64,000 nt of DNA from Fermentimonas sp. (GCA_028683355.1 JAQUIZ010000001.1:15618-79617), one strand, 5' to 3'; positions 1 through 10,133 are shown, counted from the first letter of the stretch. Made by a program: numbers and translations. Notes: generated by a model from the letters alone, not told the origin.

Positions 1-1
1 A

Positions 2-259
2 GAGCTGCAACTGATACCATTTACGCAACTACACAAGTATGTCGGCAGCTACTATGCAAAAATCAAGAAAGTATTACTGGCAGAAGGTGTTATTGTACGG
101 CAGAACGGTATGTGGCATCTACGTGAAGACCTGCAAAAGGATGGCATTGCCGTCTATACCACAGGCAGATTGGGCTGTTACTATGTCTATCACTTGAAAT
201 GGACTCCGAAAGGCGTAGCATTTATCAAGGACATTATTAATCATAAAACCAACCACTGA
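2..259 (+). CDS. 3' end of an upstream CDS of the transfer operon (85 codons, function unknown)
   Basis: Frame 2 is open from the window edge to TGA at 257-259. That stop overlaps the ATG of the next gene by 1 nt (TGATG), which suggests translational coupling. Confidence 0.45.
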   Translation, partial: ELQLIPFTQLHKYVGSYYAKIKKVLLAEGVIVRQNGMWHLREDLQKDGIAVYTTGRLGCYYVYHLKWTPKGVAFIKDIINHKTNH

Positions 260-1392
260 TGGCAAGCGGAGATATACTTTCAGACTTCGGCATCAATCTG
301 CTTGAAGAAGAGATAGATGACGTGATTTTTCAGACCAACGAATTTCTGACGGATGCCACGTTTACAGGTTCACAGGGGCCGTTTTGGTGGATACTGCAGA
401 TGTGTATGGCACTCGCAGCCCTGTTCGCCATTATTATGGCGGCAGGCATGGCGTATAAGATGATGGTCAAGAACGAGCCGTTGGATATTATGAAGTTGTT
501 CAAGCCGTTGGCGATTTCCATCATTCTCTGTTGGTGGTACCCACCGGCAGACACAGGCATGGTAAACAGTGGCAGCAACTGGTGTGTGTTGGACTTTCTG
601 TCCTATATCCCGAACTGCATCGGTTCTTATACGCACGACCTGTATCAGGCAGAAGCCACACATATTGAGGATAAATTCCAGGAGGTGCAACAACTCATTT
701 TTGCGAGAGACACGATGTACACCAGTCTGCAAGCACAGGCAGACGTGGCACACAGCGGCACTTCCGATCCCAACCTGATAGAAGCCACTATGGAACAGAC
801 AGGTGTGGACGAAGTGACCAATATGGAGAAAGATGCAGCCAAACTATGGTTCACCTCTCTCACATCGGGAATCGTGGTAGGAATAGATAAAATCGTGATG
901 CTCATAGCCTTAATTGTATTTAGAATAGGTTGGTGGGCCACGATTTACTGCCAGCAAATCTTGCTCGGAATGCTGACGATATTCGGTCCGATACAGTGGG
1001 CGTTCTCGCTATTGCCCAAGTGGGAAGGAGCCTGGGCAAAGTGGCTAACAAGGTATCTGACAGTGCATTTTTATGGTGCGATGCTCTACTTCGTCGGGTT
1101 TTATGTGCTATTGCTTTTCGACATCGTGCTTTGCATACAGGTAGAGAACCTGACAGCCATCACAGTCAGCGAACAGACTATGGCTGCCTATCTGCAAAAC
1201 AGTTTCTTCTCTGCCGGCTATCTGATGGCGGCAAGCATTGTTGCCCTGAAATGCCTGAACCTCGTACCCGACTTGGCGGCATGGATGATTCCTGAAGGGG
1301 ACACCGCTTTCTCCACCCGAAACTTCGGCGAGGGTGTGGCACAGCAGGCCAAGATGACAGCGACAGGTGCAATCGGCACATTGGCAAGATAA
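259..1392 (+). CDS. traJ: TraJ-like polytopic membrane protein of Bacteroidetes-type T4SS
   Basis: 377 aa with many hydrophobic segments. It sits upstream of TraK/L/M/N/O-like genes in the CTnDOT-type order. Confidence 0.6.
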   Translation: MASGDILSDFGINLLEEEIDDVIFQTNEFLTDATFTGSQGPFWWILQMCMALAALFAIIMAAGMAYKMMVKNEPLDIMKLFKPLAISIILCWWYPPADTGMVNSGSNWCVLDFLSYIPNCIGSYTHDLYQAEATHIEDKFQEVQQLIFARDTMYTSLQAQADVAHSGTSDPNLIEATMEQTGVDEVTNMEKDAAKLWFTSLTSGIVVGIDKIVMLIALIVFRIGWWATIYCQQILLGMLTIFGPIQWAFSLLPKWEGAWAKWLTRYLTVHFYGAMLYFVGFYVLLLFDIVLCIQVENLTAITVSEQTMAAYLQNSFFSAGYLMAASIVALKCLNLVPDLAAWMIPEGDTAFSTRNFGEGVAQQAKMTATGAIGTLAR

Positions 1393-1420
1393 GATTAACA
1401 AACAATTAAACAGAATAGAA

Positions 1421-1816
1421 ATGGAATTACAAAAGAAAATTGAAAAATGGTTAGAGAACGAGAAGTTTGTAACCTTCGCCAACAAGCGTATACAAGAAGA
1501 GATTTTACACGTACCAGAAAACCACTATCTCGACCCTAAGCACGAGGAATTGGAGGAGGGTTTTGATTATTACGACTGTTATGCAGCACCATTGGCGACA
1601 TACCTGACCTATCGTTTGCAACTGGCCAAATGCAGCAGGAATGTCAAGAAACGCAAACGAGGCATTTGGTGGGTGTATGTACAAGTCTATATACTGGGAT
1701 TCTACACCAAAGTCTTCGCTTGTGAGTTTGAAAATCTGGTCAGGATGGTTAATGAAGAGGTTATGCTCATACTCCACAGTGAATATACCCAAAGTTTAAG
1801 AACACAAAGACAGTAA
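1421..1816 (+). CDS. hypothetical protein inserted between traJ-like and traK-like genes
   Basis: The ORF-track entry 1367-1816 starts at GTG inside traJ. The first ATG at 1421 gives 131 aa. No recognisable motif. Confidence 0.4.
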   Translation: MELQKKIEKWLENEKFVTFANKRIQEEILHVPENHYLDPKHEELEEGFDYYDCYAAPLATYLTYRLQLAKCSRNVKKRKRGIWWVYVQVYILGFYTKVFACEFENLVRMVNEEVMLILHSEYTQSLRTQRQ

Positions 1817-1819
1817 GGT

Positions 1820-2434
1820 ATGGTTATCAAGAATCTGGAAAATAAAATCAAACTGGTCGGCATCATCTGTTCGCTCTTCCTTGCCGGCTGCATCATCATC
1901 AGCGTGGGCAGTATATGGACAGCAAGGACGATGGTGGCAGATGCACAACAGAAAGTATATGTATTGGACGGCAACGTGCCCATACTGGTCAACCGCACCA
2001 CCATGGAAGAAACCCTTGATGTGGAAGCCAAGAGCCATGTGGAAATGTTCCACCACTTCTTCTTTACGCTTCCGCCGGATGACAAATACATCCATTACAC
2101 GATGAACAAGGCGATGTATTTAGTGGATGAGACCGGATTGGCACAGTACAACACGCTCAAGGAGAAAGGATTTTACTCCAACATCTTAGGAACGAGTGCC
2201 GTCTTTTCAATCTATTGCGACAGCATTGCCTTTGACAAGGGAAAAATGGAGTTCACCTACTATGGCCGGCAGCGTATCGAGCGCAGGAGCAATATCCTGA
2301 TGCGTGAATTAGTGACGGCAGGACAGCTCAAACGAGTGCCCCGAACAGAGAACAATCCGCATGGGCTGTTGATCGTGAACTGGCGCACCCTTCTCAATAA
2401 AGACATCGAACAGAAAACGAAAACAACTTATTAA
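1820..2434 (+). CDS. traK: TraK-like conjugative transfer protein
   Basis: 204 aa with one N-terminal TM segment (ICSLFLAGCIIISVG). Size and position match TraK of Bacteroides conjugative transposons. Confidence 0.6.
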   Translation: MVIKNLENKIKLVGIICSLFLAGCIIISVGSIWTARTMVADAQQKVYVLDGNVPILVNRTTMEETLDVEAKSHVEMFHHFFFTLPPDDKYIHYTMNKAMYLVDETGLAQYNTLKEKGFYSNILGTSAVFSIYCDSIAFDKGKMEFTYYGRQRIERRSNILMRELVTAGQLKRVPRTENNPHGLLIVNWRTLLNKDIEQKTKTTY

Positions 2435-2445
2435 AACATACAGTT

Positions 2446-2808
2446 ATGAACATCAAAGGATTCCGCAGGATGCTGGTCGGCGAGAAAATGCCCGACAAGA
2501 ACGATCCTCAATATAAAGAGCGGTATGAGCGCGATGTGAATGCAGGACGCAAGTTCGCCAAGGCGACACGCATAGACAAGATGGCGGCAAAGATACAGGA
2601 GTTTGCCAACAGGAACAAGATCCTGTTCTTGGTCATGGTATTCGGCTTTGTCATCGGCACCTTCACATTCAACATCTACCGTTTGGCAAAAGCCTACCAC
2701 CACGGACAGGAAACGAGAAGTGCCACGGAAATACAGGACAGCCTGCTCAGAAAACGGCACAAGGATTTGGTAACACCCATAGTTGAACCCCGACAATCAG
2801 AACAGTGA
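2446..2808 (+). CDS. small single-TM protein in the TraL position
   Basis: 120 aa with a central TM (ILFLVMVFGFVIGTFTF). Its stop overlaps the traM-like start. Confidence 0.5.
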   Translation: MNIKGFRRMLVGEKMPDKNDPQYKERYERDVNAGRKFAKATRIDKMAAKIQEFANRNKILFLVMVFGFVIGTFTFNIYRLAKAYHHGQETRSATEIQDSLLRKRHKDLVTPIVEPRQSEQ

Positions 2809-3950
2809 TGAAGAATATATTTGAGAAAATCAATTTCAAGCAGCCGAAGTATATGCTTCCTGCCATTCTGTACATACCGTTGCTGGCCGCCTCGTATTTC
2901 ATTTTCGACCTGTTCAATACGGGAAAAGCGGAGATACCCGACAAAAGCCTCCAGACAACGGAGTTCCTGAACCCCGACCTGCCCGATGCCACGATTAAGG
3001 GCGGAGACGGAATCGGAAGCAAATATGAGAATATGGCAAAATCGTGGGGCAAGATAGCCGATTACACGGCGGTTGACAATATAGAACGAGAAGAACCCGA
3101 TGATGACAAAGAAAAATACGAATCGCAGTACAGCCAGGACGAAGTCGCCCTCTTGGGCGAACTGGAACAGCAGAAAGCGTTGGCCGCAGAAGCAGCCGAA
3201 GCCGGAACGAGAGAACAGGAAGCCCTCAAAGAGTTGGAACGTGCCCTTGCCGAAGCAAGGCTGAAAGCGCAGGAGCAGGTTGCCCCGATTATGGAAGACA
3301 GCCTTGAAGAGCAAGCCGACACTCCTGTTGCCGTCAGCGGAACCATCGAGGAAGACAGCCGTGCCGTAAGTGTGCCATCCGATGCCGAGAAGCCGGGTGA
3401 AATGGTCAAGAAGGTCAAGGTACCTTCCGATTATTTCAACACCATTGCCCACAACGAACACGAGCCGAACCTTATCAAGGCAATCATTGACGAAAATGTC
3501 AAAGCCGTGGAAGGCAGCCGTGTAAGGCTTCGTCTGTTGGATGATGTGGAGATAAACGAGACGGTGGTCAAGAGCGGTTCCTACCTCTATGCCATCATGA
3601 GCGGTTTTTCCTCGCAAAGGGTAAAAGGGACTATCAGCAGTGTGCTTGTGAACGATGAAATCATCAAGGTCAGCCTTTCCCTTTACGACACCGACGGACT
3701 GGAGGGGTTGTATGTGCCGTCCAGTTCCTTCCGTGAGACCGCCAAGGATGTAGCCAGCGGAGCGTTCAACAGCAATATGAGCATGAACACCGGTGGTAAC
3801 GGGAACAGTCTGACCCAATGGGGTATGCAGGCTATTCAGGATGCCTACCAGAAGACTAGCAACGCCATCAGCAAGAACATCAAGAAGAACAAGGTCAATC
3901 TGAAATACGGCACGTTTGTCTATATCATCAACAGCCAGGAGAAAAAATAA
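2808..3950 (+). CDS. traM: TraM-like conjugative transfer protein
   Basis: About 380 aa with an N-terminal TM and an acidic/coiled-coil linker, then a beta-rich C-terminus. The ATG at 2808 overlaps the upstream TGA (TGATG). Positioned before the TraN-like gene. Confidence 0.6.
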   Translation: MKNIFEKINFKQPKYMLPAILYIPLLAASYFIFDLFNTGKAEIPDKSLQTTEFLNPDLPDATIKGGDGIGSKYENMAKSWGKIADYTAVDNIEREEPDDDKEKYESQYSQDEVALLGELEQQKALAAEAAEAGTREQEALKELERALAEARLKAQEQVAPIMEDSLEEQADTPVAVSGTIEEDSRAVSVPSDAEKPGEMVKKVKVPSDYFNTIAHNEHEPNLIKAIIDENVKAVEGSRVRLRLLDDVEINETVVKSGSYLYAIMSGFSSQRVKGTISSVLVNDEIIKVSLSLYDTDGLEGLYVPSSSFRETAKDVASGAFNSNMSMNTGGNGNSLTQWGMQAIQDAYQKTSNAISKNIKKNKVNLKYGTFVYIINSQEKK

Positions 3951-3985
3951 TACAGAGTAAATAATCCATTCAAAGATTCAGAGAT

Positions 3986-4831
3986 ATGAAAATCATCAAA
4001 ACTATCTGTACCGGAATTGCGGCAGTGTTCTCGATTCTGCCGACTTTCGCCCAGCAGACCTACGAGGAATTGGAGCAGCTGACCGTCAACGAGCAGGTGA
4101 CTACCGTCATCACCGCCTCCGAACCCATCCGTTTCGTGGATATTTCCACGGACAAGGTGGTTGGAGACCAGCCTATAAACAACACCATTCGTCTGAAGCC
4201 CAAAGAGACCGGGCATGAAGACGGAGAAGTGCTTGCCATCGTCACCATTGTCACGGAACGCTACCGCATCCAGTATGCGTTGCTTTATACCACAAGAATG
4301 CAGGAAGCCGTAACGGACAAGGAGATAGAGTTCCGGGAACGGAATGCCTACAACAATCCGGCAGTCAGCATGTCGGTGTCGGACATGAGCCGTTACGCCA
4401 GACGGATATGGAACTCTCCTGCAAAATACCGGAATGTGAGCAACAGGGAACACCGCATGAATATGAGACTGAACAACATCTATGCGGTCGGAGATTACTT
4501 TTTTATTGACTTCTCCATTGAGAACAAGACAAACATCCGTTTTGACATTGACGAGCTCCGGGTAAAACTCGCTGACAAGAAAGTTTCCAAAGCGACAAAT
4601 GCCCAAATCATAGAATTGACTCCGGCATTGGTTCTTGAACAGGCGAAATCATTCCGTCATGGCTACCGCAATGTCATAGTGTTGAAGAAGATGACCTTCC
4701 CCAACGACAAGGTGCTTACCATTGAAATGACAGAGAAACAGATAAGCGGCAGGAACATACGTCTGAATATAGACTACGAGGATGTGCTTTCAGCCGATTC
4801 GTTTAATGCCGTATTGTTAGAGGAGGAATGA
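3986..4831 (+). CDS. traN: TraN-like conjugative transfer protein
   Basis: 281 aa with a signal peptide (AAVFSILPTFAQQ). Size and order fit TraN; its stop overlaps the next start. Confidence 0.6.
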   Translation: MKIIKTICTGIAAVFSILPTFAQQTYEELEQLTVNEQVTTVITASEPIRFVDISTDKVVGDQPINNTIRLKPKETGHEDGEVLAIVTIVTERYRIQYALLYTTRMQEAVTDKEIEFRERNAYNNPAVSMSVSDMSRYARRIWNSPAKYRNVSNREHRMNMRLNNIYAVGDYFFIDFSIENKTNIRFDIDELRVKLADKKVSKATNAQIIELTPALVLEQAKSFRHGYRNVIVLKKMTFPNDKVLTIEMTEKQISGRNIRLNIDYEDVLSADSFNAVLLEEE

Positions 4832-5340
4832 GCATGAGAAGAATTGTATTGGCATTGGTGGCAATCATTGCATTTGTCATCACCGGCAAGGCACAGAGTA
4901 ACAGCGACCGGCTTTCTTTAGGTGTAGGTTGCCTGTACCAAAATGGATTGGATCTTACCCTCTCCTACGAGCACGAGGGCAAATATCACCATGCTTGGGA
5001 GTTTTTCGCTAACGGTTACATCAAGTGGGCTGAATGCGCCTCCTGCAAGCATATCTGTCCCGAATCATTCTGGAAGAATTACCGAAGCTATGGGTTCGGT
5101 GTCGCCTACAAGCCTTGTGTGGTACGTGGGCGCAATCATTACGGCAATGTTCGTATCGGTGCGTCGGCAGGAAGTGATACCCGTCGTTTCTTGGGAGGCA
5201 TCCACCTCGGATATGAACACAATTATGTATTGCGTGGTGGCTGGCAGTTGTTCTGCCAGGTCAAGACCGATTTGATGATAAAAGGCGAAGACCTGTTCCG
5301 TACAGGTATTGTCTTAGGTGTAAAATTACCATTAAACTAA
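4828..5340 (+). CDS. traO: TraO-like conjugal transfer protein
   Basis: 170 aa with a signal peptide (AFVITGKAQS) and a beta-barrel-like Gly/aromatic pattern. It has a 4-nt overlap with the traN-like gene. Confidence 0.55.
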   Translation: MSMRRIVLALVAIIAFVITGKAQSNSDRLSLGVGCLYQNGLDLTLSYEHEGKYHHAWEFFANGYIKWAECASCKHICPESFWKNYRSYGFGVAYKPCVVRGRNHYGNVRIGASAGSDTRRFLGGIHLGYEHNYVLRGGWQLFCQVKTDLMIKGEDLFRTGIVLGVKLPLN

Positions 5341-5347
5341 GGGAAAG

Positions 5348-6019
5348 ATGAAAAAGAAGATATACAACAAGATAGGCAGACTGGTCGGGATGTTGGCCAT
5401 CACCGCTTTATTCGTGGCTTGTGACGAACACCGGGATTTTCCGGACACGGCAATGAAGCCCTGTCATATCCTATGCACGGACGGAAAAGTATTGTCGGTA
5501 TCGGACTTCAGGGAGTCCGAAAAACAGCCCATTGCCGTGGTGTTCCATATCAATCACGATGAAAACACCGAGGGTAACGGCTATGCCGTCTATCTGTGGG
5601 ATTTGGAGCCATTGGCTTTTGCCGACAGCATAGGCGTTAAGCAAAACACCTCCACTGACATCGCCGCACTGGACGGATTTGAAAACACTTTCGCCCTATT
5701 GGATGCGAGAGAAACATCCTCGCCACTGGCAGAGAAAGTTTTTGATATGTGGAGATACGGCCAATCCGCTTATGTTCCATCGGTGGCACAGATGCGCTTG
5801 CTTTATCATGCCAAGGAGCAAATCAATCCCGTTATCAAGATGTGCGGTGGCGACACGCTGTCCGTTGAAGCCGATGATTGCTGGTACTGGACAAGTACGG
5901 AGGTCAATGAACAACAGACCGCCAAAGCATGGCTCTATTCTATGGGCAGCGGAACGATTCACGATACGCCCAAAATACAGGCTCATAAATCAAGGGCAAT
6001 CATCACATTGAGAGATTGA
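5348..6019 (+). CDS. lipoprotein, possibly with a DUF1566-like C-terminal domain
   Basis: Lipobox LFVAC at the N-terminus. The C-terminal pattern YVPSVAQMRLL...CWYWTSTE...AWLYSMGSG resembles DUF1566/Lcl-type domains, judged from memory only. Confidence 0.5.
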   Translation: MKKKIYNKIGRLVGMLAITALFVACDEHRDFPDTAMKPCHILCTDGKVLSVSDFRESEKQPIAVVFHINHDENTEGNGYAVYLWDLEPLAFADSIGVKQNTSTDIAALDGFENTFALLDARETSSPLAEKVFDMWRYGQSAYVPSVAQMRLLYHAKEQINPVIKMCGGDTLSVEADDCWYWTSTEVNEQQTAKAWLYSMGSGTIHDTPKIQAHKSRAIITLRD

Positions 6020-6055
6020 AAACCAGATTATTAAAGGAATTAGCGAATAATAGCT

Positions 6056-8236
6056 ATGGAAGAAAGTAAAGAATTACAAGGCTTTTACAAGATATTCCGC
6101 TCGGTCATCTATGTCTCCATCCTGATGGAGTTCTTCGAGTATGCCATCGACCCTGCCATGCTTGACCATTGGGGAGGTATCCTCTGCGACATACACGGAC
6201 GCATCAAACGGTGGGTGATATACAATGACGGAAATCTTGCGTACAGCAAACTTGCCACGTTCCTGCTTATCTGCATCACCTGTATAGGCACGAGGAACAA
6301 GAAGAAACTGGAGTTCAATGGCCGCAAGCAAGTCCTCTATCCTATCATAGCAGGTATAGGGCTGGTTGTGCTTTCCGTATGGCTGTACGGTTATCCGATG
6401 GAAACAAGGCTTTATTCCTTGCGCCTGAACATCTGGCTCTATATGATAGCCTCCGTGGTCGGCGTAGTACTGGTTCACATTGCCCTTGACAATATCTCCA
6501 AATTCCTCAAAGAAGGTTTGCTCAAAGACCGCTTCAACTTTGAGAATGAAAGTTTTGAGCAATGCCGGGAGTTACAGGAAAACAAATACTCGGTCAATAT
6601 CCCCATGCGATATTATTACAAAGGCAAGTTCCGTAAAGGTTGGGTGAACATCAACAACCCTTTCCGAGGCACTTGGGTGGTCGGCACACCGGGCAGTGGT
6701 AAGACTTTTTCCATCATCGAGCCGTTTATCCGGCAGCACTCTGCAAAGGGCTTTGCCTTAGTAGTTTACGATTATAAGTTTCCGACATTGGCTACCAAAT
6801 TGTACTACCATTATAAGAAGAACCAGAAGCTCGGAAAACTGCCCAAGGGGTGCAAATTCAACATCATCAACTTCGTGGATGTGGAATACAGCCGCCGGGT
6901 AAATCCTATTCAGTTGAAATACATCAACAACCTTGCTGCCGCATCTGAAACCGCAGAAACCCTACTTGAGTCTTTACAAAAAGGCAAGAAAGAAGGAGGC
7001 GGCGGAAGTGACCAGTTCTTTCAGACATCCGCTGTCAACTTCCTGGCAGCCTGTATCTATTTCTTCTGCAACTGGGGCAAAGAACCCTTCGACAAGGACG
7101 GTAATATGCTCATGGCAGAGAAGGTACAGGACAAACAGACCAAGCGGATGATACCCACCGGACGTGTATTCAATTCCGCTGGCGAGGAAGTGGAACCGGC
7201 TTATTGGCTCGGAAAATATTCCGATATGCCTCATATTCTTTCTTTCCTTAACGAGAGCTATCAGACCATCTTTGAGGTGTTGGAGACCGACAACGAGGTG
7301 GCACCGTTGCTTGGTCCGTTCCAGACCGCCTTGAAGAACAAGGCAATGGAACAGTTGGAAGGTATGATTGGTACGCTGCGTGTCTATACCTCACGCCTTG
7401 CCACCAAGGAGAGCTATTGGATATTCCACAAGGACGGTGACGACTTCGACTTGAAAGTCTCTGACCCCAAGAATCCCTCATACCTGCTTATTGCCAATGA
7501 CCCCGAAATGGAGAGCATCATCGGGGCACTAAACGCCCTTATTCTCAATCGTCTGGTTACTCGAGTGAACACGGGTCAGGGCAAGAATATCCCGGTAAGC
7601 ATCATCGTGGATGAGTTGCCGACCCTGTATTTCCACAAGATAGACCGGTTGATTGGTACGGCACGAAGCAACAAGGTATCGGTAGCGTTGGGATTCCAGG
7701 AGTTGCCACAACTCGAAGCGGATTATGGCAAGGTGGGTATGCAGAAGATCATAACTACCGTAGGCAATGTGGTCAGCGGTTCGGCACGGGCGAAAGAGAC
7801 ATTGGAATGGCTGTCTTCCGACATCTTCGGCAAGGTGGTACAGCTCAAAAAGGGCGTAACCATCGACCGGGACAAGACCTCCATCAACCTGAATGAGAAC
7901 ATGGACAGCCTTGTTCCTGCATCCAAAATCTCCGATATGCCGACCGGCTGGATATGCGGACAGACTGCACGTGACTTTGTAAAGACTAAGACCGGCAAAG
8001 GCGGCTCTATGAACATTCAGGAAAGCGAGGAGTTCAAGACCTCCAAGTTCTACTGCAAGACGGACTTTGACATGAAAGAGATAAAAAAGGAAGAAGCAGG
8101 ATATGTTCCTCTCCCTAAGTTCTACACTTTCAAATCAAGGGATGAACGGGAGCGCATACTCTATAAAAACTTTGTACAGGTTGGCGAAGATGTCAAGGAG
8201 ATGATTAAGGAGATACAGAAGTATAAAGTGAAGTGA
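6056..8236 (+). CDS. type IV coupling protein (VirD4/TraD/TraG family ATPase)
   Basis: 726 aa with N-terminal TM segments. Walker A is VVGTPGSGKTFSIIEP and Walker B-like is PVSIIVDELPTLYF. Confidence 0.85.
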   Translation: MEESKELQGFYKIFRSVIYVSILMEFFEYAIDPAMLDHWGGILCDIHGRIKRWVIYNDGNLAYSKLATFLLICITCIGTRNKKKLEFNGRKQVLYPIIAGIGLVVLSVWLYGYPMETRLYSLRLNIWLYMIASVVGVVLVHIALDNISKFLKEGLLKDRFNFENESFEQCRELQENKYSVNIPMRYYYKGKFRKGWVNINNPFRGTWVVGTPGSGKTFSIIEPFIRQHSAKGFALVVYDYKFPTLATKLYYHYKKNQKLGKLPKGCKFNIINFVDVEYSRRVNPIQLKYINNLAAASETAETLLESLQKGKKEGGGGSDQFFQTSAVNFLAACIYFFCNWGKEPFDKDGNMLMAEKVQDKQTKRMIPTGRVFNSAGEEVEPAYWLGKYSDMPHILSFLNESYQTIFEVLETDNEVAPLLGPFQTALKNKAMEQLEGMIGTLRVYTSRLATKESYWIFHKDGDDFDLKVSDPKNPSYLLIANDPEMESIIGALNALILNRLVTRVNTGQGKNIPVSIIVDELPTLYFHKIDRLIGTARSNKVSVALGFQELPQLEADYGKVGMQKIITTVGNVVSGSARAKETLEWLSSDIFGKVVQLKKGVTIDRDKTSINLNENMDSLVPASKISDMPTGWICGQTARDFVKTKTGKGGSMNIQESEEFKTSKFYCKTDFDMKEIKKEEAGYVPLPKFYTFKSRDERERILYKNFVQVGEDVKEMIKEIQKYKVK

Positions 8237-8269
8237 GGTAGTCGTAATATATTGTTATTTACACTGATA

Positions 8270-8303
8270 GTGAGGACTGAGACCAACCAATCCTCACTTT
8301 TTT
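8270..8303 (+). terminator. hairpin plus T-run terminator after the coupling-protein gene
   Basis: GTGAGGA (8270-8276) pairs with TCCTCAC (8291-8297) and is followed by TTTTTT (8298-8303). Confidence 0.55.
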
Positions 8304-8331
8304 ATTAGAATAGATTACTCTTATATGTTGT

Positions 8332-10107
8332 TTAATATTTGCGATATTTTTGAATAAATGAATCAGCTTTATCTTTTATTTCTTTGTAATTTTCATAGCG
8401 ACCACCAAACATACCCTGCTTTATTGGCGCCCATTCATTTTGGAGGGAATCTGCACTTTCCCAAAACAAAGTATAAGGTTCTTCTCCCATTCCCCTATGT
8501 TTGTATTCCACTTCACTCCGAGTAAATTGCCCTAATGGAATTGAAAACTCATTTAGGATATAACATTTATTGTAGCCATAAACTAAAGACCTCATTCGTT
8601 CCCAAATATAAAAAGTATTCTCATACTCTGAATCCACAATAAAGCAATCTTTAAATATTGGTTTCAAGGAATTAAAAACAAAAAAACTAATTGGATAATA
8701 ATAGTTCGCTCCAATCAACTCATTCCATGTTTCATAATTCCAGTGGGTACTACCCAACATAGATAACAATTTCCATCTATACGAAACAGACATAAAGTTT
8801 GGAGTCGGCACTGATAATTTCAAGATACTATCAAGCTCCTTATAGCGATTGTATTTTACACAAGCAATACCTATAGCATTAAATAATAACATAGGAGCAA
8901 TTGAGTGTAAATATTGTGTCCCTTCACTTGTTATTTCTCCATTTTTAAAAGTTCTTGTACATAGCTTTACTAATAATTCACCAAAAGGCTTTATATGATA
9001 CCATTTCCCCCATCTTATTGCTAATAATGCTATTTCCATTAGGGGCATAATTGCAGTTTTATGAATATCCAAATATCTTAAAAACGCATCACGTGTTAGT
9101 CCGAAATCATATTTCGCATAGTTATTGATTGTGTTATAAGCATCATTACCCAAGCGTTCAACTAAATCAATATAGTCTATGTCATACTGATTTGATGACA
9201 GATATTTCTTACATTTTGCAATCATCATTTCATGCCCTAGTTTTCTGCTGACATGATTTTTATCTAATGCAGCAACTTGTTCGTACAACTCAGTAAACAT
9301 TTCATCTGCGCCTTCTATAGGGAGTAATTCACCATGTCTTGATATTGATAAAGTATTCAATGTTTCACTCGTCTTTCCTACAAATGCGTAGAATGAATTA
9401 TATCTTGAAACAGAGGGTTCTGTCATAATTTTGACAAGACCCTTGTCCCAATCACCGGACCAACCACATGTTATAAGTCCATAGTCCTCAAAAATCCTTT
9501 CAAGATATTTGTGCATTATTGGAGGATACTCATCCAATTCTTCTGAAGTATTCCTAAATTGGCAATCTATATAATCTCCATTGATTTTGATGATTGTTGG
9601 TATTTGGCAATGAACAAGAGGAGTCGCTTGTGAAATCGCAGCTTCATGCGAGATTACTTGCGGTGCTACACCTTCTGCTTCAAACGCCTGTTCTAATAGT
9701 CTGTCAAAGTTTGTCGTCAAAATAACACGAATGTAACCCTCTTTAGCTAATTTTGCTATTGCTATATGCGCCTTAGTAGGTCGTTTCCAGTCTAATTCTT
9801 TTTCATCTTCAGTGGGCTCAAAAAAAGGTTTCATCAGCTGAACTCGCTCAGTTGGTGTATTTACCAATTCTTCCAATAAAAAGGAGTAAGATGCCTCCTT
9901 CCCATATTTATCTTTAAACCATTGATGAGCATCAGTTTTTATCACTTCTCTGCTTGAAACAGCCAATTGTTCTATCAACCTCGTTTCTACATCCCAACCT
10001 GTTGGGATATGTGCCGAACGCGAGATTCCTGAACCAAGCAGAAGTGCATAGGCTCCTTTGTTGGAATACATAGAAAAAGACAGTGTTGTAAGTCGTTCTA
10101 TACTCAT
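8332..10107 (-). CDS. SIR2-like domain protein with an unassigned ~300-aa helical C-terminal region
   Basis: N-terminal SIR2_2-type motifs: YALLLGSGISRSAHIPTGWDV, VILTTNFDRLLEQAFE, IIKINGDYID, LITCGWSGDWDKG. No domain recognised in the C-terminal half. Confidence 0.85.
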   Translation of the reverse strand: MSIERLTTLSFSMYSNKGAYALLLGSGISRSAHIPTGWDVETRLIEQLAVSSREVIKTDAHQWFKDKYGKEASYSFLLEELVNTPTERVQLMKPFFEPTEDEKELDWKRPTKAHIAIAKLAKEGYIRVILTTNFDRLLEQAFEAEGVAPQVISHEAAISQATPLVHCQIPTIIKINGDYIDCQFRNTSEELDEYPPIMHKYLERIFEDYGLITCGWSGDWDKGLVKIMTEPSVSRYNSFYAFVGKTSETLNTLSISRHGELLPIEGADEMFTELYEQVAALDKNHVSRKLGHEMMIAKCKKYLSSNQYDIDYIDLVERLGNDAYNTINNYAKYDFGLTRDAFLRYLDIHKTAIMPLMEIALLAIRWGKWYHIKPFGELLVKLCTRTFKNGEITSEGTQYLHSIAPMLLFNAIGIACVKYNRYKELDSILKLSVPTPNFMSVSYRWKLLSMLGSTHWNYETWNELIGANYYYPISFFVFNSLKPIFKDCFIVDSEYENTFYIWERMRSLVYGYNKCYILNEFSIPLGQFTRSEVEYKHRGMGEEPYTLFWESADSLQNEWAPIKQGMFGGRYENYKEIKDKADSFIQKYRKY

Positions 10108-10133
10108 AATATCAAATCGTTCAAGTTGTTGTA

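Noticed and set aside
2694-3818. 374-aa minus-strand ORF across traL/traM
   Set aside because: It is antisense to a tightly coupled transfer operon. Its sequence is low-complexity with no motifs. The plus-strand genes have signal or TM features and conserved order.
8332-10107. Thoeris ThsA call for the SIR2 protein
   Set aside because: There is no TIR-domain (ThsB) gene nearby, and the C-terminal half does not look like a SLOG domain.
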